Origin: a virus
Taxonomy: Duplodnaviria > Caudoviricetes
Virus record (IMG/VR): IMGVR_UViG_3300008097_000008
Coordinates: 1-55,130 of that record
DNA: 55,130 nt
Reading direction: 5' to 3' (one strand)
Shown here piece after piece: positions 6,889 to 18,800 of the stretch. The translations under genes and the position numbers were made by a program. The notes beneath the pieces are model-generated. The model was given only the letters and a program-made list of their open reading frames with translations. It did not search any database and had not been told where the DNA came from. Every line of letters starts with the position of its first letter. The first letter of the stretch is position 1.

Positions 6889-8180
6889 GTATTATAAATC
6901 AGGTTCGTAATGCGGATCAGGTTGGGACACCAGGTGCTGTAAAGCCTGTTGTCCCTTATACTGGTGGATGGATGCAGAAGAAGTTGAGTAAGGAAGAGAT
7001 GGATTATCTCTGGGATCGTATTAACGAGCATTCTGTTGAATCATATTCAGAATATCTTGCTGGACACTTAGAAGATAGTTTTGCATTGCAAGATAAGGAG
7101 GCATGGTTCTATCTCAATACTCTCGATCCGCTAATACAAGACTTTTGTCATAACTTTGGTAACTATGGTGACAAAGTTCCCGTTAACTCAGTGCATCCCT
7201 ATAGTTTGCATAAATGGTGGGTAAATTATCAGAGAGCAGGTGAATACAATCCTACTCATGATCATCACGGACTTTGGAGTTTTGTTATATGGATGCAAAT
7301 ACCATATACTCATGATGAGCAAACAAGTGATTCTATATCAAAAAAGGCTGGTATTAACTCAGGTCATGCAACTAATGGATCATTTGAATTTCATTACACG
7401 GATATATTTGGAAGACCATCATCTTATTGGTATGATAGTGCGAAAGATTTAGAGGGTACTCTAGTCCTATTTCCGTCTGTTATGAGACATCAGGTTTATC
7501 CTTTCTATAAGGAACCAGGAAATAAGGATTATAGAATAAGTATTTCTGGTAATATTGTTCTTAATACAAATCAAAGGATACCAGTAGAGATGAATACGGA
7601 TCTTGCTGAAGAACTTGATCCAGGAATGCTGGAAAGGACTCATCATGGCATAGAAACGGAGATAGTACAACCGCCTAAAGGTCAGAAAAAGATTCTTGGG
7701 GAATATGTATACCCTAAAGCACAAGAAATAAACGAAATTTTGTTTCATACTATACAAGATAAGAGACCTGCTGAGGAACGACCTTATGAAGCTCATTGTA
7801 CTATGACTGAGTGGGATCTTTATAGTAGTGAAACTATTGTAAAAGATCTAGTAAAATGGATTTATGGTAAAATTGATGCAGAATTTGATCCACCAGATCA
7901 TGATACAAAAACAATAGAAACTTGGGGAGTTACATATAAAGCAGGTGAAAATATTGATTGGCATAGTCACGGCAATGCTTCTTATTCATTTGCGTATTAT
8001 GTTAATACACCACCAGGTTCATCACCACTTCTACTAAAGAATCCAGATGAAATAAAGGAAGCGAGAGCTGGCAACGTTGTCATTTTCGAGAGTAGAAGGG
8101 AGCATATGGTTCCACCTAATTCATGTAGTGATCGATGTGCTGTTTCAGGTAACATTTTCTTAAAAAAGCGTAGAAACTAA
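6885..8180 (+). CDS. tandem two-domain 2OG-Fe(II) oxygenase
   Basis: Two DSBH motif sets: HDH...RHQVYP...RISISGN and WHSH...EHMVPP...RCAVSGN; TTG start overlapping the upstream TGA. Confidence 0.8.
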   Translation: MSIINQVRNADQVGTPGAVKPVVPYTGGWMQKKLSKEEMDYLWDRINEHSVESYSEYLAGHLEDSFALQDKEAWFYLNTLDPLIQDFCHNFGNYGDKVPVNSVHPYSLHKWWVNYQRAGEYNPTHDHHGLWSFVIWMQIPYTHDEQTSDSISKKAGINSGHATNGSFEFHYTDIFGRPSSYWYDSAKDLEGTLVLFPSVMRHQVYPFYKEPGNKDYRISISGNIVLNTNQRIPVEMNTDLAEELDPGMLERTHHGIETEIVQPPKGQKKILGEYVYPKAQEINEILFHTIQDKRPAEERPYEAHCTMTEWDLYSSETIVKDLVKWIYGKIDAEFDPPDHDTKTIETWGVTYKAGENIDWHSHGNASYSFAYYVNTPPGSSPLLLKNPDEIKEARAGNVVIFESRREHMVPPNSCSDRCAVSGNIFLKKRRN

Positions 8181-8857
8181 TGACTTTATCAACAAGATTA
8201 AAAGAAGGTACTAAAAAATCACATAATGCAGCAGAAAATACTAAATTTGTTGCAGGTTTCCTTAGAGGAGTACTAAACCCAGAAGAGTACCGTAAACTAA
8301 TCACGGACTTTTATTATGTCTATGAGACAATGGAGCAGAGGATAGAGGAAACTAAGGATCCTCTAGCAAGTATATTGAAGCAGTGGGGTGCTAAACTTTA
8401 TAGAACCGCTTTTCTACAAAGAGATCTTAGGTATTATTATGGTCCGATGTACAGGGAGTTAATGGTTCCTTCAGAAGCATGTAATACTTATTGCTATAGA
8501 CTTAATGAAATTGCAGAGAAGGATCCATATCTTCTTATAGCACATCATTATACTAGGTATATTGGTGATTTATCAGGTGGTCAAATCCTTAAGGGTATTG
8601 CTAAGAAGGCGTTAAATCCCCCTGAAGGAGAGGGATTACACTTTTACGACTTTCCTATGATAGATGATGCAAAGGCGTTTAAAACCGATTACAGAGCAGT
8701 TCTAGATGGGTTAGAAGTTAATGAACATCAGGTCAATACATTGATTACTGAAGCAAATTATGCCTTTAGACTCAACATGTATATTTTTGACGAATTGCAA
8801 GGAGATGCAAAAAAGTCATTACTTAAAGTTCTATGGGGGGTTATTACAGGGAAATGA
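8180..8857 (+). CDS. ho1: heme oxygenase
   Basis: Proximal His in TKKSHNAAEN; signature HHYTRYIGDLSGGQIL; EANYAFRLN; cyanobacterial/cyanophage type. Confidence 0.95.
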   Translation: MTLSTRLKEGTKKSHNAAENTKFVAGFLRGVLNPEEYRKLITDFYYVYETMEQRIEETKDPLASILKQWGAKLYRTAFLQRDLRYYYGPMYRELMVPSEACNTYCYRLNEIAEKDPYLLIAHHYTRYIGDLSGGQILKGIAKKALNPPEGEGLHFYDFPMIDDAKAFKTDYRAVLDGLEVNEHQVNTLITEANYAFRLNMYIFDELQGDAKKSLLKVLWGVITGK

Positions 8858-9507
8858 CGGATCGTAATTATGAGAACTGTAATTCTCAAAATTTGAGAAT
8901 CGGTATGGAAAATAGAGGTGAAATAGCTCAATTATACCCAACCCCAATATATTGGGTTCATATGGTTGATAATTTTGATGCTATACAAACAGAAATTGGT
9001 GAAGCACTTAAAAATGTAAATTTTTCAATGAAAGAAGCCTGGGGTAATACCCATTATCTTTCAGATCCATCTTTTACTGAAAATCTTATTGTACAAAGTA
9101 AATTAGATAAATTAAAAGATGAAATTGTTAACCATGTAAATTATTATTGTAAAACAATAGGATTCCCTCAGCATGATGGGGTAATTGCAACTTCTTGGGC
9201 ATCTTTGTTCAAACAAGGTAATTATGGCCATTGTCATCATCATGGTAATACAGATATATCTGGAGTCTATTATTTTAAAACTGAAGATACAGATGGTAAA
9301 TTATATTTTGAAAATCCTGTACCTTGTATGACTTCATCGTATACATATAAGTCTTTATGCGAAAGACAAGAGATAGTTGCTAATGATGGACTACTTTGTT
9401 TATTTCCTGGTTGGTTGATGCATGGGATATCAACAAATACAAAAGATAATGATAGAATTAGTATATCATTTAATATTGATTTTATAAGACATAGCCATTC
9501 AAACTGA
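8854..9507 (+). CDS. 2OG-Fe(II) oxygenase (TIGR02466-like)
   Basis: HHHG..ISGVYY...LFPGWLMHG...RISISFN; ATGA overlap at 8854. Confidence 0.85.
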   Translation: MTDRNYENCNSQNLRIGMENRGEIAQLYPTPIYWVHMVDNFDAIQTEIGEALKNVNFSMKEAWGNTHYLSDPSFTENLIVQSKLDKLKDEIVNHVNYYCKTIGFPQHDGVIATSWASLFKQGNYGHCHHHGNTDISGVYYFKTEDTDGKLYFENPVPCMTSSYTYKSLCERQEIVANDGLLCLFPGWLMHGISTNTKDNDRISISFNIDFIRHSHSN

Positions 9508-9509
9508 TT

Positions 9510-10184
9510 ATGAAGATTCAAAATTTGGACTATGGATTTCCTATGATCCTTATAGATGATTTTTATAACTTCTGGGAGGTAGGACAAATATGGTCTGAGT
9601 TAAAAGAATTGACAGAAAAGGATGTATTTCTAGATCCTCATCAATCTTGGAGTGCAACTAGGCATGGTAAACTGTTAAAAAACAATAAATGCATCCATTT
9701 AGACGAATATTATCAAGAAAATCGTAATAATTCTAAAATTATGCGTATAAATCGCAAAATTTTCGAGAAAAACGTCTTTGAAACCAATAAATCCTTCTTT
9801 TTTAGGGATTTTATGCCATTATGTGACTTTGATGCATCATTATTATCATATTATGAGGATAGTCACTATTATAGTCCACATAAGGACTCTGCAATGGTTA
9901 CAAGCCTATGTTGGTTTTTTCAAGAACCTAAAAGGTTTACTGGAGGGGAATTGTTGTTCCCTGAATATAAGGTACATATAGAATTAAACAACAATAGGAT
10001 GGTAATATTTCCAGGTTTTATACAACATCAGGTTACTGAGGTTGTAATGGAAGAAAAATATAAGAATAAGGGATTGGGGAGATGGTGTATGACTCAATTT
10101 TTAGCAACAAAATTCACTGAAAGTGAAAATGTGGAGAGTCATCATGGTGGAAAATTATTTTCTTCTCAAAAGTCGGATAAATAA
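9510..10184 (+). CDS. 2OG-Fe(II) oxygenase, prolyl-4-hydroxylase-like
   Basis: YSPHKD...FTGGELLF...IFPGFIQHQVTEV...GRWC. Confidence 0.85.
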   Translation: MKIQNLDYGFPMILIDDFYNFWEVGQIWSELKELTEKDVFLDPHQSWSATRHGKLLKNNKCIHLDEYYQENRNNSKIMRINRKIFEKNVFETNKSFFFRDFMPLCDFDASLLSYYEDSHYYSPHKDSAMVTSLCWFFQEPKRFTGGELLFPEYKVHIELNNNRMVIFPGFIQHQVTEVVMEEKYKNKGLGRWCMTQFLATKFTESENVESHHGGKLFSSQKSDK

Positions 10185-10206
10185 AAGGGATAAGACTCCC
10201 TTTTAT
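10177..10206 (+). promoter_or_regulatory. late promoter ATAAATA overlapping a 10-bp hairpin that covers the next start codon
   Basis: ATAAATA at 10177-10183; ATAAAAGGGA (10181-10190) pairs with TCCCTTTTAT (10197-10206); ATG at 10205. Confidence 0.7.
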
Positions 10207-10399
10207 GAGCGAAACTATAATTTTTACAAGTAATGTACCTCGTGGTAGCCGTTTTGGACCTACTAATGAGGAAGAAACTCGTGTGGCAAACAGACCTGTT
10301 GACATGTCTGAAAATTTTAAGAAGAATGGATGGGAGCATTGTAGATATTTGATTACAGATCCTAGATCTGATAGTCTCTTAAGAAGGGATAAAGAATGA
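10205..10399 (+). CDS. hypothetical protein preceding gp25
   Basis: 64 aa; ATGA-coupled to gp25. Confidence 0.7.
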   Translation: MSETIIFTSNVPRGSRFGPTNEEETRVANRPVDMSENFKKNGWEHCRYLITDPRSDSLLRRDKE

Positions 10400-10815
10400 A
10401 ACAAGTCACTAGTGCAGATCTAGCAGCAGGCCAATCTAGATATTTTAAAGACATTTCAATTGCTTTTGCTAAAAACAGGTTTACTGATGATGTTTCTCAA
10501 GTAAAGAATGCTAATGCCATTAAGCAATCTATTAGAAATCTTGTATTAACTAGAAGAGGAGAAAGATTGTTTAATGGTGATGTTGGATGTGGTGTATTAA
10601 ACCTCCTATTTGAACCTTTAGATCCCTTTGTTGTTGATACTATTAGGAAAGAGATCATAAATACCATTAATCAGTATGAGACTAGAGTTCAATTAACAAG
10701 TGTAACTGCAATACCATTTTACGAATCGAGTAAAGTGAATATTACAGTTGATTATAAAGTAGTTGGACTACCAGTTGTGGAGTCGGTATCTTTTGTATTA
10801 CAGAGACCTAGTTAA
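10396..10815 (+). CDS. g25: baseplate wedge subunit gp25
   Basis: AIKQSIRNLVLTRRGERLF...GC...LLFEP...YETRV; GPW/gp25 family; lies before gp6. Confidence 0.93.
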   Translation: MKQVTSADLAAGQSRYFKDISIAFAKNRFTDDVSQVKNANAIKQSIRNLVLTRRGERLFNGDVGCGVLNLLFEPLDPFVVDTIRKEIINTINQYETRVQLTSVTAIPFYESSKVNITVDYKVVGLPVVESVSFVLQRPS

Positions 10816-12840
10816 ATGCAACCGAATAAGTTAACAGCATTAGATTTTCAGGATATAAAATCCTCGATTAAATCATATCTCCGAACGAGAGATGAATTCA
10901 CTGACTACGATTTTGATGGATCATCATTATCATATCTGATTGATGTTTTGTCCTATAATAGTTATTATGCGGCATTTATTGCCAATATGTCTATGAATGA
11001 GGCATTTTTACCATCTGCCACACTTAGAGATAATGTTGTTAATATTGCCAAACTTTTAAATTATGTTCCTAGATCAGTTACTTGTTCTAAAGCATGTATA
11101 AAGTTAGAAGTTCAGACAAGTAAAACCAATTTAGCATATCCTAGCTCTGTTACTTTAAGTAGAGGTCCAGTTGCAAGAGGTAGTGCATATATTTGGAATA
11201 TTTTAGAGGATATTACTGTAGAAGTTGATACTGTAACTGGAAAAGCAGAATTTGATGCTGTAACCATTAATGAAGGATCTATAATCAATTTTTCGTATAC
11301 TGTTAATACTTTCCAAACTCAAGAATATAAAATTCCTTCTGAAGACGCTGATATAGAAACCTTAAGCGTTACAGTTAAAGCAAACGAATCTTCTACCACT
11401 TCAGACCTTTATAATAGGGTTGAAACTGTTACCAACCTAACTGGTAATACACGTAGTTACTTCCTCTCTGAAGGTGAGGATATGAGGTATCAGGTAAGAT
11501 TTGGTGATGATAGTATTGGTAGAAAGCTAAAAGATGGTGAGGTTATTAATTTTGAGTATTTGACTTGTTCTGGGGCAGAAGCAAATGAGGTTACTGAGTT
11601 TGATTTTATTGGCGTTGTAACAGATAGTAATCAGGTTAATGTTGGTGGTCCAGATGTGGTATTGATCACTAAAGATAGGTCTCAAATGGGTTCTAAAGCA
11701 GAATCTGTTGAGTCTATTAAGTATATGGCTCCAAGATACTATGCTTCTCAATATAGAGCAGTAACAGCACAAGATTATGCTGTTATCACTAAAAATCTTT
11801 ATTCTAATGCTGAATCTGTTATTGCTTATGGTGGAGACTCTTTAACACCTCCAATATACGGTAAAGTATATGTTGCTGTTAAAACTAAGACTGGAACTGC
11901 TTTAAATGATCAATCTAAGAAGGATTTACAGACTAAATTGAGAGCATACTCAATGGCATCTATAGACCCTGTAGTTATTGATCCAGATGAACTTTATATC
12001 TATCCTAAAGTCTTTGTTCTTTATGATACTGGTGTAACGAATAATACTTCTGATATTAAAACAAATATTCAGAATGCTATTAATGATTGGGCCACTCAAA
12101 CACAGATTAATAACTTTAATTCTACGTTTAGAAACCAGCAATTCCAAAAAGCAATTACTTTATCAGATAAAGCAATTAGTGACGTTTCTGTTCAAACTTC
12201 ATTATTGAAGTATATTAAAGCAGATACCGACCAAACTAATACTTACTGTATTTCTACTGGTGGTGCTCTTTATAATAGTGCTCCTAGTAATACAGACGGA
12301 GCATGTGTCAAAGAACCTGTTATATTGTCTGGAAACTTTAGAACTGCTGATAGACCTGGTATCGATCAGCAATTTGAGGATGATGGTTTTGGTAAATTGA
12401 AGATTTTCTACAATACTGGTAATAAAAAGGTATACACTAACAATTCTGCAGGTAGCATTAACTATGATACTGGAGAAATTTGTATTGGACCTATCAATCT
12501 TGTTGGTACAGGAGATCAAATTCCTGGACCTACAAATTTAAATTTGACAGATCCTGTAACAGGTTTAGGTGAAGTGATTGATACAACACTGTTGCCAACA
12601 ACAACAGATCTTCCTGTATTATTCATTCCTGCTAATAATACAACAATTCCAGCATCAACACCTGGTACTGTTATTAGTGTAGTCAATCCAGAGGTTACTG
12701 TCGCACCAATTGGAACTATTCCACCTACGACAATCCCTCTAAATAGTTTGACACCAACAACGTTCAACACAACGCCAACTTTAGTAGAGGTTAACCTCAT
12801 TACTAATACAGGTGACCCCGATTCCTCAACTTGTTTCTAA
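10816..12840 (+). CDS. g6: baseplate wedge subunit gp6
   Basis: LDFQDIKSSIKSYL...FTDYDFDGS...LIDVLSYN...RAVTAQDY...YGKVYV; Pro/Thr-rich C-terminus. Confidence 0.93.
   Translation: MQPNKLTALDFQDIKSSIKSYLRTRDEFTDYDFDGSSLSYLIDVLSYNSYYAAFIANMSMNEAFLPSATLRDNVVNIAKLLNYVPRSVTCSKACIKLEVQTSKTNLAYPSSVTLSRGPVARGSAYIWNILEDITVEVDTVTGKAEFDAVTINEGSIINFSYTVNTFQTQEYKIPSEDADIETLSVTVKANESSTTSDLYNRVETVTNLTGNTRSYFLSEGEDMRYQVRFGDDSIGRKLKDGEVINFEYLTCSGAEANEVTEFDFIGVVTDSNQVNVGGPDVVLITKDRSQMGSKAESVESIKYMAPRYYASQYRAVTAQDYAVITKNLYSNAESVIAYGGDSLTPPIYGKVYVAVKTKTGTALNDQSKKDLQTKLRAYSMASIDPVVIDPDELYIYPKVFVLYDTGVTNNTSDIKTNIQNAINDWATQTQINNFNSTFRNQQFQKAITLSDKAISDVSVQTSLLKYIKADTDQTNTYCISTGGALYNSAPSNTDGACVKEPVILSGNFRTADRPGIDQQFEDDGFGKLKIFYNTGNKKVYTNNSAGSINYDTGEICIGPINLVGTGDQIPGPTNLNLTDPVTGLGEVIDTTLLPTTTDLPVLFIPANNTTIPASTPGTVISVVNPEVTVAPIGTIPPTTIPLNSLTPTTFNTTPTLVEVNLITNTGDPDSSTCF
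12739..12745 (+). promoter_or_regulatory. possible late promoter CTAAATA upstream of gp7
   Basis: Late-promoter-like heptamer about 100 nt before ATG 12847, inside g6. Confidence 0.35.
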
Positions 12841-12846
12841 GGCTAG

Positions 12847-15800
12847 ATGTCTAAAAATACGAATAAAGTTTCTCAGTCAGTAGCGTCATTAACTCCTGCT
12901 TTCATTGAACAGGATTATCCGCTTTTTAATAAATTTATTGAGTACTATTATAGATCTCAAGAAAAGACTGGACTGGGACAAAATATAGTTAATGATTTTC
13001 TTCAATATCTTGATATTGATAAGCTGGATGTTAGTATCTTAGATGGGGCAACAAAAGTTGTAGAACCAATAACAGCAACGGATTCGGTTATAGTTGTAGA
13101 GAGTGTTGATGCGTTTTTAGAGACAAATGGATCACTTTTAGTTGGTGATGAGGTAGTATATTACGAAAAAACAACACCTTCACCTAATATTGCGTTAAGT
13201 CCAGGTATTTCTTATGAACAAGTTCAGTTAAAATGGACTGGACTTGCAAGTCCATTACAAGATTTTGATGGAAGTAAGCAAAGATTCCCGTTAACATCAC
13301 AAGATAATCCTATTGCTGCACCATCTGCACAGCATTTGATAGTTAAAGTATATGGTGAAATTCAAGTCCCTATTTTAGATTTTACTGTAGATGGTACTGA
13401 TCTTGTATTTACATCACCACCTAGAGCAAAACTTGATGCAGATGACCCTACTTCTACAAGTATTACTTACTTAAGTGGATTTATTGAGAATAATATTGCT
13501 CAAATAGACAATATTTCTAATAGTTTTGGTGATAGTAAGAGACAATTTACAATTACTAAGGGTGGTGCTAGATATGAACCAGTTATTGACGAATATATTT
13601 ACGCAGTTTATGATAATCAACTTTTAATCCCAAAAGAGGAGTTTTATCTTGATGGGGATCAATTTATATTTAAAGAAGCACCTTTAAATGGTAGATACTT
13701 AGAATTGTTCTCTATTGAAGCACCTATACCTTCTTTTGGTTCTAATGCTGTTGGTTATGCTCGTATTAATGATGATTCCGAACTTACAGGAATTTCTGTA
13801 AGTAATAATGGTGATAATTACAGATACGAATATCCACCAAAAGTTTCTATACAAGGTATTAGTGGTAGTGGTTGTTCTGCAACAGCTTTAGTTAATGGTG
13901 TTAAGGAAGTTTCTTTACTTGATGGTGGTAAAGGTTATAGTGATACTAACCCACCTACAGTAGTTGTTCAGGATCCTACAAAGAGTGGTGCAAAGGTCGC
14001 TGAAATTAAAGCAACTGTAACAAATGGAGTTGTTAGTGGGTTAGAAATAGAGAATTCTGGTAATGGATATACTTTCACACCTAGATTAACTTTTAGGCAG
14101 CCTGGAGGTGCTAAACTAGGCACTCCGATCATAAATAGCGGTTCATTCAGTGGTACTATTCCTGTTGTTGAAAGAGGTATTGGATATACTACAGTTCCTG
14201 AGATATATGTTGATGAGCCAACTGGTGAAGATGGTATTAAAGCATCTTTAAGAGCAGTTTTAGATCCAACTTACGGTACAGTTCAAAGTGTTCAGATATT
14301 AAATGCTGGACAAGGATATGAAGTAATTCCTAGAATTGCAATAAAAGATCCTGTAGGTGCTCAAGTATTGGAAACAAAGGTTGATGGTGATGGAAGAGTT
14401 GTTTCTATAGAACTTTTAAGTGGTGGTAGTGGATATGATGATGTTCCTTCTGTATACATCTTAGATGATAGAACAGATGGAACTGGTGCATATGCTGGTG
14501 GAATTGGTGCTACTGCAGTAGCATCAATTTTCAATGGGCAGATTATTGATATTAATATAGTTAATTTTGGTAGTGGTTATAGTGCTTCAGAACCACCAAC
14601 AATATTCATTCAATCTCCACCATCTGCAGAAGCTTCTGCTACTGTTGGATTAAATCAAGTTACTGGATTTAAAATAAATCAAACTGGTACTGGATATACA
14701 AAAGCACAGTTTGAAGGTTGTGCTAGAGCAGCAAGTGGTATTACTGCATATACTGAAGACGGAAATGCAGTATTTACAAATGATACTACTTCATCTGCAG
14801 CAGAAATCGATACAGCTGTAAAATGTCTAGATCAACTCTTTATTAAGAGACTTTTAGACAAATATACAGAACAATTCCTTCCAGATGTTCCAAGTTTGGA
14901 TTATTCTAAAATTGATGTTAGAAATGCTATAAAATCTATTAAAGATTTCTATTCATCTAAGGGTACATCTTTTAGTATTGCATATCTATTCAAACTACTA
15001 TATGGTGAAACGGTAAGTATATCTTATCCTAAAGATCAAATTATTAAACCATCTGATGCTACTTGGTCTATTGATACTATTCTTCGTGCTTCATTAGTTA
15101 GTGGTGATCCTGTTAATATTAAGGATGGTCTTATAACTCAAGAAGCTGATATTGCTGATCCTAATGTACAATCAGCAAGTGCTCTTGTAGAAAACTTCAT
15201 TTCTATTAAAACCTCAGAACTTGAGATTTTTGAACTTGTTTTATCAGAAGAAACTATTACTGGACAGTTTACTGTTCCATATAAGACAAGATTAGGTGAG
15301 CCTTTGAGTGAAACTGATAGTATTATCACTGTTGACTCTACTATTGGTTGGCCAGAAAGGAACGGTGAGTTTGTTATTGGTGGTTCTGAAGTTGTACAAT
15401 ATAAAGAGAAATCATTAAACCAGTTTATAGAATGTACTCGTTCTGTTAATGGTATTGTAGAAGATTGGGATTCTGCTACTTTAGTTAAGTCTAATTTTAG
15501 AATTTATATTAATAAAGGGACTCAACAAGAAGTTGTGATGAATATTGTTGGTATCGTTGATGCTCAACAAACAACTTTGACCGATACTGGATCTTATTAC
15601 CTCCCTGGTGATAAATTAACAGTTTCTAAGTTGGGTGGTACTGGTATAGGTCCAGATCTAACAACTTGGTTGTATAATGTTAAGAAATTGATTGAAATTA
15701 CATCTATCACTTATGGTGGTGTTAACAATCAATCTGCTACTGTAACTTGTGCTAATCCTCATGGTCTATTGGTTGGAGATCAGGTTACCATTTATGGTGC

Positions 15801-18800
15801 TAATCCTATCATTTATAACGGAACATTTCTAGTAACTTCTAGAGATGGTGATAATATTTTCCAATATGGTCTTCCACAACCAGCTACAGTAGAACCACAG
15901 GGTAATATCCTTGTATCTATTGACCTTAATAAAGGTAAGTCTGCTAATAGTGCTATTGAAAATGCTATTAGTCCTTATACTACAAACGTACAGAACTCAT
16001 TCTTTAATGATCAATACGTTTATGTTGCTTCTACAGGTATCCCAAACTATCAAATTGGTCCTTTTCCAGGATCTGCACTTCTTCCAGGTAACCAGCGTAA
16101 ATTAAATAGGTTCCCTAAAGATGCACAAACAATTTCAACTAAAGACGTTATTAAGCCTGGTCCTATTGGTACATGGGTTAATGGTGTCTCTATATGGTCT
16201 TATAAGTCAGATTTAAGTAAGACATATGGTGGTGTTACTAGTATTGATATAACAAATTCTGGTTCTGATTATGATGCTGCTTCTCCTCCAGCAATTACAG
16301 TTTCTGGTGGTGGAGGTACTGGTGCAACTGCTGCAGTAACCGTTAACGGTTCTATTAGTGAAATTACTGTTACTAATGGTGGTTCTGGATACACATCTTC
16401 ACCGTTGGTTTCTATAGTTGGTGGAAATGGATCTGGTGCTGCTGCTACAGCAATTATCACTAAGGGTCAAGTTTCACGTATTCTAATCAACACTGGTGGT
16501 ACTGGATATACTTCACAACCTTCTATTACTATAGTTGGTGGAGGTGGAACTGGTGCTGAAGGTACTGCATCTGTTCGTGGTCCTATTCAAGCAATTGCTG
16601 TTACTAACGGTGGTCAAGCATATACTTCAAAACCTTCCATATCATTAAGTTCTGGTGTTGGTGCTGTTGCACAGGCTATTGTTAATAATGGAAGAATTAT
16701 ATCTATTGCTATAATTTCTGCAGGACAAGGTTATACTACTGCACCTGAAGTCACTATTCAGGGTGATGGTTTTGGTGCTATAGCAAGAGCAACAATTGAT
16801 GTTGATGGTGAAAATGCTGGTAGGGTAACTGGAATTGAGATTGTTAACAGAGGTATCAACTATCTTCAAGGTACTACAGTTATTAATCTAACCTCTGTTG
16901 GTCAAGATGCTTTATTTGATGCAAACGTTTTTGAATGGACTTATAACTTAGAATCTACATCAACATTTGATTCTGCTAAAGGTGCTGTATTTACTGGATA
17001 TAATAACGAATATGGTGGTGAGTATGCTCACCTTTCAAATCCTCAAAAAATGAGGTATATTTTAGGTGATAACCTTTTTGAAAATCCATATGGCGAAATT
17101 AAAGAGCAAGAAGATCAATTAGCACATTCTCCTATTATTGGTTGGGCGTTTGATGGTAACCCAATTTATGGTCCTTATGGTTATACTGATCCAACAGACC
17201 AAGGATCTGCTGTAATTAGATTAGGAACATCATTTAGATTGAAAGAAAATCTTGTATTTGATGTAACAACCAATCCTTATCCTGTAAGAACTGATGGTCC
17301 TCTTCTTACTGATGTTGATTCAAATGGAGATTATTTGTATCCTGCAGGTAAGTTTGTTGAAGATTATGAGTATATCTTTGGTTTAGGGGAATTGGATCAG
17401 TATAATGGTCGTTTCTGTAAGACTCCAGACTATCCTCAAGGTAGATATTGCTATTTTGTTACTATAGATGCTACTGAAGATGGTAATGCACTATTCCCAT
17501 ATGTTCTTGGACCAAGTTACAACTCTGTTGTTGATACTTGGAATTTGAGTACAAGTGCTATTCAGCAAAATATTCCTACTGGTGTTGTACGTTATAGGGA
17601 TCCTTACGAAAATGTTGATATTGATGTTGAAAGAACACCTAATGCTTCTACTGCTGCATTAACAACTGAGGGTGGTGACATTATTCTCTTTGAAGTTGAA
17701 GATGATAACCGTGATGGTGTTATAACTCAAGACGAGACAGACAATCCTTCTGAATTATTTGAAGAATCACCATTACAACTATATGATTACTTCCCTAAAG
17801 TTCAATTTGACTCTAAAGTTGATATTGAAGTTGAAACTATTACTAAATTTGAAGATGCTTCTGTAACTGGATTTACTATTGAGAACCCAGGAAAGAACTA
17901 TCAGGTAGATGATATACTCATATTTGATAATGAAGGTACTGATGGTGCTGGTGTTTCTGCTCGTATTTCTCAAATTAAGGGTGAAGCGATAGATCAGTAT
18001 ACTTTTGAGAATGTTAATGGATTAAATTACGGTGTTTTAGACACTAATGTTCCTCATAATCTGATTACTGGTGATGAGGTATTCATAGATTATACTCCTA
18101 TAATGCAAAATACGAACAAAACTTTTGTTGTTCGTCAAGTTAAAGGTATAGAGTCTATTGTAATTGAACAAAAAGGTTCTGGATATGATGAAGAAATTCC
18201 ACCAACAATTATTATTGACGGTAATGGAACTGCTGGTAAATTAGAGGCAGTTGTTTCTTCTATTGGTTCTATTGATACTGTTAATATTATTAACTCTGGT
18301 GCTAATTACACAAGTAGTCCTCGTGTTATACTAAGTCATCCACAGGTATTTAAAAAAGCTGATTACTATGTAACTACAATAGACAATAACAATTATGTTT
18401 CTGTTAATGATATCTTTGTAAACGATGATAAAGAGACTTTCTTCTGTGGTAAAACTAAAGATGCTACTGGTAATACAGTTGCATTTGTTGCCAAATATTC
18501 TTCTCTAGGTGTTAAAGAGTGGGAAAGGAGTTTAGAGAGTACTGATGGACAGAATTATACAGAATTTGAAAAAATATTTGTAGATGGTAATGATATATGG
18601 GTTGTTGGTAATAACAGACCTAATGCAAACCTTTTAGATGTATATAATCCAGATATTATTCTATGTAAGTATGAACAGGAAGATGATGGTTTAGATGCTT
18701 CTTTACAGTTCCAAAAAGGATATGCTGGTATATCTGGTGCTAATCGTGCAGATTATGTAACTGCTATTAAGAAATATTCTGATATTCGTTATATTATTGG

